Assembly (NCBI GenBank): GCA_041687435.1
Contig: JAWLBX010000004.1
Coordinates: 157,090-221,089 of the forward strand
From: Alphaproteobacteria bacterium
GTDB taxonomy: Bacteria > Pseudomonadota > Alphaproteobacteria > Bin95
Direction of reading: 5' to 3'
DNA: 64,000 nt
Below the pieces are notes generated by a model. That model saw only the letters and a program-made list of their open reading frames with translations, was not told the DNA's origin and searched no databases. Below, piece after piece: positions 56,632-64,000 of the stretch; the stretch's first letter is position 1; each line of letters begins with the position of its first letter. Position numbers and translations under genes: made by a program.

Positions 56632-58044
56632 CTAGAACATGTCGTTCTCTGCCAGGTCGTTTACTTTCTCCAGGTCCGCGGGTTTGGGCAGGGTGGTTTT
56701 CAGTAGCTTCGGTAGGAAGAGAATGCCCGCGCCGTGGCGAGTCGAATCCCAATTCGGGCCTGGCTTGGCGCTCTCTTTCAGGCAATGGCGGAAGGCTTCC
56801 ACCCGCCGCCAGGTGTTGCCGTAGAGGCGCTGAATATCGGCCCAATGATGCGCCAGCCATAGCACTGCCGCCCCGGAGACATGGGTTGTGGCATAGCTGG
56901 TGCCGTCGCCATCTTTGGGCGAATAACCGGGCTGGGTGCCGTTCGGGCCGCGGAACAGGGCCCGATAGACGTCATCCGCCGGCGCTGACAAATCAACCCG
57001 CATGCCTGCGCTGCCGCCGGTCCAGGGGCGCCGGGATTCCGAAACGCCGCCCACAGTAATAGTGCGGGCATACCGTCCGGGGTAGGTCACCTCGCTGGTG
57101 ACATTGCCCGCGGCGGCGACCATGATCACACCCATCTCGTAAGCGGCATCCACCGTCCGGCCGATCGCGGCGCCCGGGAAGCAAGGGTTCCCCAGGCTCA
57201 TGGATAGCACCAGGCAGCCGCTATCTACAGTCGCGCGGCGAATGCCTTCGGCTAGGCTCGTGTCGTTGCTCAGCACGCCAGCAACGACGGGGAAGTTGGT
57301 AACGCGATAGGGTATGACATTGGTGCGCGGCGCGACGCCCGCGAACAGTCCCGGTTGAAAACCACAGAGCACGCTGAGCGTGCGCATGCCATGTCCGGGC
57401 GTGCCGAAGCCGGTCAGCGGGTCGCTCGGCAAACTGTTGATGGCCTGCGGGTCAAATACATTCGCGCCCTCATGCATCAGCACGTGCCCGGAGGACGCCA
57501 TGGTGCCATCGTTCAGTTCCAGGCAAGGATGTAGTGCCATGCCGGTATCCAGGTGGCCCACCTTGATTTCCGGATGCCGCCAGGGTGGCTCGTTCTGACG
57601 GTCCCAGTGGAAAAGATCCCAGGCCTCCGGCGCGCCGACCATTTCCAGATTCCAACTGAACCAGCCTTTCTTTTGGCCCTGGCGCGTGGCGGTGCGAGGG
57701 CTAGCGCTATCGACCGCGGTAGCCTTTGCCTGCGGGTTCTCGTACCACCGTTTCATCGCAACGCGGCCGCGCAGCAACTCCACCTTTTTCGCGCCTGGCT
57801 GGCGCGCGAGCCACAGGAACACGGCGTCATTGTTGCCATGCTTGGCGCGCAGCGCCTTTTGCACCGCACGGGCCAGGAACCACTCGTCCGGGCCGACCTG
57901 GATCAGTGAATGGCCTGCCTCGCTTCCGCCCGAATAGGGATCCAGGCGCTGTTCCAATGCCTTGGCGCCGCGGGCACCGTTGGTCTGAATGACGAAAATC
58001 GATGGGTTCGCCGTATCGCGGCTGCGGTCCTGATCGTCTGTCAT
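56632..58044 (-). CDS. S8 family (subtilisin-like) serine peptidase with no N-terminal signal peptide
   Basis: Start refined to MTDDQDRSRD (ATG 58042-58044). Asp/His/Ser triad motifs (GHLDTG, HGMRTLSV, GTSYATTHVSGAAVLW) are present; the N-terminus is hydrophilic. Confidence 0.8.
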   Translation of the reverse strand: MTDDQDRSRDTANPSIFVIQTNGARGAKALEQRLDPYSGGSEAGHSLIQVGPDEWFLARAVQKALRAKHGNNDAVFLWLARQPGAKKVELLRGRVAMKRWYENPQAKATAVDSASPRTATRQGQKKGWFSWNLEMVGAPEAWDLFHWDRQNEPPWRHPEIKVGHLDTGMALHPCLELNDGTMASSGHVLMHEGANVFDPQAINSLPSDPLTGFGTPGHGMRTLSVLCGFQPGLFAGVAPRTNVIPYRVTNFPVVAGVLSNDTSLAEGIRRATVDSGCLVLSMSLGNPCFPGAAIGRTVDAAYEMGVIMVAAAGNVTSEVTYPGRYARTITVGGVSESRRPWTGGSAGMRVDLSAPADDVYRALFRGPNGTQPGYSPKDGDGTSYATTHVSGAAVLWLAHHWADIQRLYGNTWRRVEAFRHCLKESAKPGPNWDSTRHGAGILFLPKLLKTTLPKPADLEKVNDLAENDMF

Positions 58045-58165
58045 CGCCGATCCCTGCCTTTGATGTCGTCGGTCCCCTTGGCTTGCGCCCTGCGGGTTGT
58101 CATAGTTGGCGGCAAAACATTGCCGCATGGCAAGACCCCTTAGCCGCCACGAGGAAACGCCGACC

Positions 58166-59239
58166 ATGAACAACACTGCAAGCACCGTCGCCAGCCGCGC
58201 GGGGGTGAACGATGAATGGCTCGCCCGCCGGGTGGAGGATGTGCTGGAGCCGGATCTGCCGATCTGCGATCCGCATCATCATCTGTGGGACTTTCCCGCC
58301 CACCGCTATCTGCTCGATCAACTGCGGGAGGATACGGAGGATGGCCACAATGTCGTCTCCACCGTGTTCATCGAATGCACAGCCTTCTACCGTGCCGATG
58401 GGCCGGAGCATATGAAGCCGGTGGGCGAGGTGGAATTCGTCAACGGCGTGTCCGCCATGACCGCCAGTGGCCGCTATGGCGACAGCCGGCCCTGCTCCGC
58501 CATTGTCGGCCGGGCCGACCTGACCCTCGGCGAGGCGAAGGTGCGGGAGGTGCTGGAGGCCGAAGTGCTGGCGGGCGGCGGCCGCAAGGGCGGGGAGGGC
58601 CGCTTCAAGGGCATCCGCCATGCCGCGGGCTGGGATGCGGCGGCGGAGGTGCACAACTCGCACACCAACCCGCCGGAAGGGCTCTATCTCCGCGATGATT
58701 TCCGCGAAGGCTTCAAGGTGCTCTCCGGCATGGGCCTGACCTTCGAGGCTTGGCTCTACCATCCGCAACTGCCGGATGTGGCCTCGCTGGCCGCGGCCTT
58801 TCCGGACGCCAAGATCGTGCTGAACCATTGCGGCGGGCCGCTCGGCGTCGGACCGTATCAGGGCAAGCAGGACGAATATTTCGCCGACTGGCAGCAGAAT
58901 ATCCAGGCCATCGCTGCGGCGAGCGAGAACGTCTACGTCAAGATCGGCGGCATCGGCATGAAGGTGAACGGCCGCAACTTCCATGAATTGCCGGAGCCGC
59001 CATCGAGCGAACATCTGGCCAATGTCTGGAGGCCCTGGATCGACACCTGCATCGAAGCGTTCGGGCCGAAGCGCAGCATGTTCGAGAGCAATTTCCCGGT
59101 GGACAAGGTCTCCGGCAGCTATCGCACCTACTGGAACGCCTTCAAGTGCATCGCGTCCGGCGCCAGCGCCGATGAGAAACGCTGGCTGTTCCATGATGCT
59201 GCCCACACCTTTTACGGGCTGGAGCCCCTGGGCAAGTGA
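58166..59239 (+). CDS. Amidohydrolase 2 family (ACMSD/LigW/LigI-like metal-dependent hydrolase or decarboxylase)
   Basis: 357 aa from MNNTAS (GAGGA SD). Metal-binding CDPHHHLW near the N-terminus and NHCGGP...FESNFPVD near the C-terminus are typical of PF04909. Confidence 0.8.
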   Translation: MNNTASTVASRAGVNDEWLARRVEDVLEPDLPICDPHHHLWDFPAHRYLLDQLREDTEDGHNVVSTVFIECTAFYRADGPEHMKPVGEVEFVNGVSAMTASGRYGDSRPCSAIVGRADLTLGEAKVREVLEAEVLAGGGRKGGEGRFKGIRHAAGWDAAAEVHNSHTNPPEGLYLRDDFREGFKVLSGMGLTFEAWLYHPQLPDVASLAAAFPDAKIVLNHCGGPLGVGPYQGKQDEYFADWQQNIQAIAAASENVYVKIGGIGMKVNGRNFHELPEPPSSEHLANVWRPWIDTCIEAFGPKRSMFESNFPVDKVSGSYRTYWNAFKCIASGASADEKRWLFHDAAHTFYGLEPLGK

Positions 59240-60756
59240 CCGCCATGGCCTTCGACTGGATCGCCAAGCACGCCACGGCCCAGCCGGAGGCGCCGGCAAT
59301 CCATGATCAGTTGTCGGGCCGCAGCTTCACCTACGCCCAATTGCACGACCGGGTGGAACGCTGTGCCCTGTTCCTGCACGAGCGGTGCGGCGTCGGCCGG
59401 GGCGACCGCGTTGCATTGCTGATGCACAATTCGTCGGACACGGCGGAGTTGATCTTTGCCTGCTGGCGGCTGTGCGCGATCTGTGTGCCGATGAACTGGC
59501 GGCTGGCCGTGCCGGAAATCGGCTACATCCTTGGGGACTGCGAGCCGAAGGCGCTAATCCACACGGCCGAGTTTGCAGAGCCGGCGGCAGCGGCGGTTGG
59601 GCATGTCGGGCGGGAGGTGCTGGTCGCACAGGCCGATGACGGCAAGCCCAGCGTCTACGAAAGCGGTCTCAAGGCCTCCTATGGCAACCTGCCGAAGGTG
59701 GAGCATGGTTTCGACGACCCTTGGGTGATTCTCTATACCAGCGGCACCACTGGGCGGCCGAAAGGGGCACTGATCACCTACCGCATGCAGTTTTTCAATG
59801 CGGTCAACGCTGTCATCGCCAATGGGCTCAGCCGCGATAGCCACGGATTGACGATGCTGCCGATGTTCCATGTCGGCGGTCTATGCCTGTATCTCAGCCC
59901 GCTGATGCATTTGGGCGGTCAAAACACGATCATGCATCAGTTCGATGCCGAACGGATGTTGCAACTGATGACCGACAAGTCGGTCGGCCTCACCCATTTG
60001 CTCGGCGTGCCAACCAATTTCCTGTTCATCAGCCAACTGCCGGCATTCCGCGAGGCGGATTTCGGCCACTTGCAATGCGTGGGCGTCGGCGGCGCCGCCC
60101 CGCCGGTGTCTTTGTTGGAGACGTATGCCAAGAAAGGCGTTTTGTTCGAGCATGCCTGGGGAATGACCGAAACCTGCTCCATCGGCACGTCCATTCCCAA
60201 GCCGATGGCCCTGACGAAGATCGGCTCCTGCGGCCTGCCGGCCATGCATGTCGAATGCAGAATTGCCGACGACGATGGCAACACCCTGCCGCCCGGCGAA
60301 ACCGGTGAATTGCTGATCCGCGGGCCGACGGTGACCAGCGGTTATTGGAAGCTGCCGGATGCGACCGACAAGGCGTTTCTGACCGGTGGCTGGTTCAAGA
60401 CTGGCGACGCCGCGCGTATGGATGAGGACGGCTATTACTACATCGTCGACCGCTGGAAGGACATGTACATCTCCGGTGGCGAAAATGTGTACCCGGCGGA
60501 GGTGGAGAACGCCCTGTTCCGTCTCAACGGTGTGACGGAGGCGGCGGTGATCGGCATTCCAGACGAACGCTGGGGCGAGGTCGGCCGCGCTTTCATCGTA
60601 CAGGAACCCGGCGCCGGCCTGACGGAGGAGGCCGTGATTGCCTACTGTCGCAAACAGTTGGCCCATTATAAAGCGCCGAAATCGGTGCGCTTTATCGACG
60701 AACTGCCGCACAATGCTACCGGCAAGGTGACGAAACACCTGCTGCCGCGCGACTGA
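59236..60756 (+). CDS. AMP-dependent acyl-CoA synthetase/ligase
   Basis: ANL superfamily motifs YTSGTTGRPKGA, GWFKTGD, GKVTK. The GTG start overlaps the upstream TGA (GTGA). Confidence 0.85.
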   Translation: MTAMAFDWIAKHATAQPEAPAIHDQLSGRSFTYAQLHDRVERCALFLHERCGVGRGDRVALLMHNSSDTAELIFACWRLCAICVPMNWRLAVPEIGYILGDCEPKALIHTAEFAEPAAAAVGHVGREVLVAQADDGKPSVYESGLKASYGNLPKVEHGFDDPWVILYTSGTTGRPKGALITYRMQFFNAVNAVIANGLSRDSHGLTMLPMFHVGGLCLYLSPLMHLGGQNTIMHQFDAERMLQLMTDKSVGLTHLLGVPTNFLFISQLPAFREADFGHLQCVGVGGAAPPVSLLETYAKKGVLFEHAWGMTETCSIGTSIPKPMALTKIGSCGLPAMHVECRIADDDGNTLPPGETGELLIRGPTVTSGYWKLPDATDKAFLTGGWFKTGDAARMDEDGYYYIVDRWKDMYISGGENVYPAEVENALFRLNGVTEAAVIGIPDERWGEVGRAFIVQEPGAGLTEEAVIAYCRKQLAHYKAPKSVRFIDELPHNATGKVTKHLLPRD

Positions 60757-60787
60757 TCCATCCCGGTCCCCGAGAGGAGCAAATACC

Positions 60788-61624
60788 ATGAAAATCGGCG
60801 CATTCATGTTCGCCACCGACTACAACATCGACATCGTCGAGCTGGCGAAGGCGATGGAGGACCGGGGCTTCGACGCCTTGTTCGTGCCGGAACACACGCA
60901 CATCCCCGCCAGCCGCCGGTCGCCCTTCCCAAGCGGCGGCGACCTGCCGAAGAAATACGTCCACACGCACGATCCGCTGGTCTCGCTGGCGTTCGCGGCG
61001 GCGGCGACGGAAAACCTGACCATCGGCACCGGCATCTGCCTGGTGCCGCAGCACGACCCGATCGTGCTCGCCAAGGGCATTGCCTCGCTCGACATGCTTT
61101 CGAATGGCCGGTTCGTGTTCGGCATCGGCGGCGGCTGGAATGTGGAGGAAATGGAGAACCACGGCGCCACCTACAAAACCCGTTTCACCATGCTGCGCGA
61201 GAAAATCCTCGCCATGAAGGAAATCTGGACGCAGGAGGAGGCGAGTTTTGCCGGCGACTATGTGAATTTCGAAAAGATCTGGTCCTATCCCAAGCCGGTG
61301 CAGGCGCCGCACCCGCCAATCCTGCTGGGGGGAGAGACCGACTACACGTTGCGCCGCGTGGTCGACTTCTGCGATGGCTGGTTCCCGCGCGCCAACGCCA
61401 GTTTCGACCCGCACGACGCCATGGCTCGCCTGCGCCGCCATGCCGACGAGGCCGGCCGGGACATGAGCACGCTTTCCGTCACCGTGTTCCGCGCGCCGGC
61501 GGAAAAAGCGGCGCTCGACAGTTACCGCCAGCACGGCATCGACCGCGTATTGCTGGAAATTCCGGACACTGGCCGCGACGACGTGCTGAAACTGCTGGAT
61601 GAGTACGCGAACCTGCTGGCATAG
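60788..61624 (+). CDS. Luciferase-like monooxygenase (LLM class flavin/F420-dependent oxidoreductase)
   Basis: 278 aa, MKIGAFMFATDYNIDIVELAKAMEDRGFDALFVPEHTH... TIM-barrel LLM pattern. Confidence 0.8.
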   Translation: MKIGAFMFATDYNIDIVELAKAMEDRGFDALFVPEHTHIPASRRSPFPSGGDLPKKYVHTHDPLVSLAFAAAATENLTIGTGICLVPQHDPIVLAKGIASLDMLSNGRFVFGIGGGWNVEEMENHGATYKTRFTMLREKILAMKEIWTQEEASFAGDYVNFEKIWSYPKPVQAPHPPILLGGETDYTLRRVVDFCDGWFPRANASFDPHDAMARLRRHADEAGRDMSTLSVTVFRAPAEKAALDSYRQHGIDRVLLEIPDTGRDDVLKLLDEYANLLA

Positions 61625-61693
61625 AGCGTCGCGCCCAGCGCATCCGGCATTGACCCGGCGGTCATTCTGAGTATGGTCGCCACTTCCTTGGAA

Positions 61694-61770
<77 letters not shown>

Positions 61771-62315
61771 AGGAATTTTCAAGAAAACAATAGGTTAAGG
61801 GTAGCGCGAAGCTAAGCTTTTCGCTCCCGTTTTCGCCTTTGTCACCGGATTTCGCGCGGCTTGTCACGGGGTCGGAATCAGCCGCTTTCCAAGCCCGGCC
61901 TATTCTATCGCGGAAAGAGAGCTGAAAAGTTCGCCGTCGATTCCGGATCAGCGCAAAGCCGTCGGCATCGGCGCCAGATCACGCAGCCCGCATCCTTGCC
62001 CTTCGCGACGTCGTACAGCACATGGGCCGGCACCGCGCACCACAAGCTGACGTCGGGGCGAGCAACGAGCCCTGACTACAACTTGACAACCAGAGCAGAC
62101 TTCCGAACCTAAAACAGGGCGTGAATGAGAAATAGGAAGGCGCGTCATGGGATTTTGGTCGTGGTTATTCAGAAAAAACAGATCGTCGGTCATGGCGACG
62201 GTTTCCGCCCAAGAGCAGCGAAAACAACGACCTAATACCTCAGGTTGCGTCCAATGGTCGGGCGGCGGTTGCCCGATGAACGTAGTTGGTGAATCTAAGA
62301 GTCTGTCCGGAAACT

Positions 62316-62993
62316 TCATGATGGATTGCAGAGTTTTCGGATCATGATTCGGATCGAGGCGAGTTTCAGGAAGGCGAGCGCCTTGGCGTTGAGGCGCTCC
62401 CAGTCCCTGGCCAGACGGCGGCAGCGTCCTAGCCAGGCGAAGGCGCGTTCCGCGTCCAGCGCTTGGGCAGCACGACGAAGCCTTTGGCTTGGTCCGAGCG
62501 CTTGACGATCTCCACATTGACCTGGGAGAGGGCCTTTCTGGCGCCCTTCTGGAACCGCTCCCCTTGATAGCCGCCATCGGCGTAAAGCTTGAGCAGGAAG
62601 GGGTAGAGTCCGAACAGAGCGGCCATCCCATCACGCCGCCATCGCGGTCCTGGATGTCGGCAGCATGCACCAGGGCATGCATCAGCAGCCCTGAGTATCG
62701 ACGAAAATATGCCGTTTCTTGCCCTTGATCTTTTTGCCCGCATCGTTCCCCGGCGGGGCGATGCAAGCCCCCTTTTTCCGCGCTTTTCACGCTCTGGCTG
62801 TCGATGATGGCGGCGCTGGGAGAGGCTTCGCGCTCTGCCTGTTCCCGGCAGGCCGCATAAAGCGCATGATGGATGCGGTCGAGCGTGCGGTCCCAGGTCT
62901 CCAGAGGTCAAGATAGTCGTGGACCGTGCTCCTCGGCGGCAGGTCTTTCGGGATCGCCCGCCACTGGCAGCCGGTCGACAGCACGTACATCAA
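62316..62993 (-). mobile_element. IS5-family (IS427/IS1031-group) transposase remnant: at least 5 frameshifts, N-terminal OrfA portion missing
   Basis: Three minus-strand frames together reconstruct MMYVLSTGCQWRAIPKDLPPRSTVHDYLDLWR / WDRTLDRIHHALYAACREQAEREASPSAAIIDSQSVKSAEKGG / DAGKKIKGKKRHIFVDTQG / LLMHALVHAADIQDRDGGV / LYADGGYQGERFQKGARKALSQVNVEIVKRSDQAKGFVVLPKRW / ERAFAWLGRCRRLARDWERLNAKALAFLKLASIRIMIRKLCNPS*. These are diagnostic DDE transposase motifs of the IS5 family. Confidence 0.8.
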
Positions 62994-63053
62994 GCCCGTT
63001 GACCACCTCGCGCATGTCGACCGTGCGCTTGCCGCCGCCCGGCTTCCGGCTCC

Positions 63054-64000
63054 TCAGCGCGCCGGCGTTTTCCAGCCGCCGATTTCCGGGCGCGGCAGGC
63101 CCAGCGTCTCGCGCAGGGTGGTGCCGGGGTATTCCTTGCGATAGATGCCGCGCTTTTGCAGTTCCGGCACGACGAACTTGACGAAATCCTCGAACGAGCC
63201 CGGCAGCCAGGTCGGGCCGACGACGAAGCCATCGCACGCGTGGGAGGAGAAATATTCCTCCATCCTGTCCGCAATGTCCTTGCCGGTGCCGACCCACGGG
63301 TCATCCATGCGGCCGCGGCCGGTCACCTCCATGAAATCGCGCGGGGTCGGGTTCTTGATGCCCGCCGTCTTCACCACCCGGTCGCGCATCGCCTGCATGC
63401 CGGTGATGCCCTCCAACTCCTCATCCGTAAACGGCTCGTCGATGCCTTTCTTGCCGAAATCGTAATTCAGCGCCTCCGACAGCAGGGACAGCTGGTCGGT
63501 CTCGTTCGGCAGGGTGTTGTAGAACGCTGCCTTGTCCTCCGCCTCCGCCCGCGTCTCCGCCACCATCGGATAGAACAGGTTGCAGAGTTTCATATGGTCC
63601 GGGTTGCGGCCGAAGGCGGCGCATTCATCCTTCATCGCCTTGTACTGCTGTTTGGCCAAGTCGATATTGTGCCAGGCGGTGAAAATCACCTCGCCCCAGC
63701 GCGAGCCGAACTTCATGCCCCGGCCGGAAGACCCCGCCTGGATCAGCACCGGGTTTCCCTGCGGCGAGCGCGGCACGGTGAACGGCCCGCGCGAAGAATA
63801 ATACTGGCCCTTGTAATCCAGCCGGTGAACCTTGTTCGGGTCGGCAAAGACCATGTTTTTCTTGTCGTAGAGGACTGCATCGTCCTCCCATGAATCCCAA
63901 TGGCCGCGCACGATTTCCAGAAACTCGTCGGCGCGGTCGTAGCGGTAATCGTGCGCCAGCCCCTGGTCGAAGCCCATGTTGCGGGCCTCGTTATCGTTGA
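63054..64000 (-). CDS. NtaA/SnaA/DszA-family flavin-dependent (LLM) monooxygenase, C-terminal ~315 aa; N-terminus beyond window
   Basis: ...NDNEARNMGFDQGLAHDYRYDRADEFLEIVRGHWDSWEDDAVLYD... matches the nitrilotriacetate-monooxygenase-component-A family motif (HWDSWEDDA). The reading frame is open to the window edge. Confidence 0.75.
   Translation of the reverse strand, partial: NDNEARNMGFDQGLAHDYRYDRADEFLEIVRGHWDSWEDDAVLYDKKNMVFADPNKVHRLDYKGQYYSSRGPFTVPRSPQGNPVLIQAGSSGRGMKFGSRWGEVIFTAWHNIDLAKQQYKAMKDECAAFGRNPDHMKLCNLFYPMVAETRAEAEDKAAFYNTLPNETDQLSLLSEALNYDFGKKGIDEPFTDEELEGITGMQAMRDRVVKTAGIKNPTPRDFMEVTGRGRMDDPWVGTGKDIADRMEEYFSSHACDGFVVGPTWLPGSFEDFVKFVVPELQKRGIYRKEYPGTTLRETLGLPRPEIGGWKTPAR

Noticed and set aside
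57380-57992. Several 60-120-aa ORFs on both strands inside the S8 peptidase gene
   Set aside because: They are fully contained within or antisense to the S8 gene, which has intact catalytic motifs. They have no SD or coding signature of their own.
62147-62347. 66-aa plus-strand ORF with a good AGGAAGG SD (MGFWSWLFRKNRSS...CVQWSGGGCPMN...)
   Set aside because: Its 3' end runs into the terminal part of the IS5 remnant (which ends ~62316), its GC3 is low, and it has no recognisable family. It is probably a chance ORF in acquired/decayed DNA. It is flagged only as a possible small accessory peptide.

Overview
This is a high-GC (~65-68%) alphaproteobacterial chromosomal segment (Rhodospirillales/Rhizobiales-like; assignment not verified). 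The backbone is conserved housekeeping: lysM/nlpD-like (partial)-surE-serS-tatC-tatB-tatA, scpB-scpA, an M50 protease, nagZ, a SPOR protein, argS, a dgt-like dGTPase divergent from erpA, xerD divergent from aroK-aroB, infC, and secA preceded by LPS-core glycosyltransferases. Accessory and catabolic modules sit between these: an orphan HyuA, a DMGDH-ilvE-M20 block, tandem EamA exporters, a split YeeE/YedE pair, a GNAT-nitrilase fusion and an SDR-hotdog fusion. A 47.5-52 kb block (deacetylase-family + amidase + D-carbamoylase + MFS) looks like a non-canonical hydantoin/ureido-compound pathway. A 52-61.6 kb block holds three CaiB/BaiF CoA-transferase paralogs (one AMACR-like), a small RHH-like protein + CreA, a signal-less S8 subtilase, and an amidohydrolase-2 + acyl-CoA ligase + LLM oxidoreductase operon. 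It ends in tRNA-Lys(UUU), immediately followed by a lower-GC stretch, a heavily frameshifted IS5-family transposase remnant and a partial NtaA/DszA-type monooxygenase. No CRISPR array or rRNA was seen. The most unusual points are a gene whose conserved DUF2786-like N-terminal motif lies upstream of any canonical start codon (possible AUU start or pseudogene), and the dispersed hydantoin-related genes. Note that the six-frame ORF track reports GTG/TTG starts as M, so several ORF starts were refined by reading the sequence. All family calls are from motif recognition only; no database searches were run.
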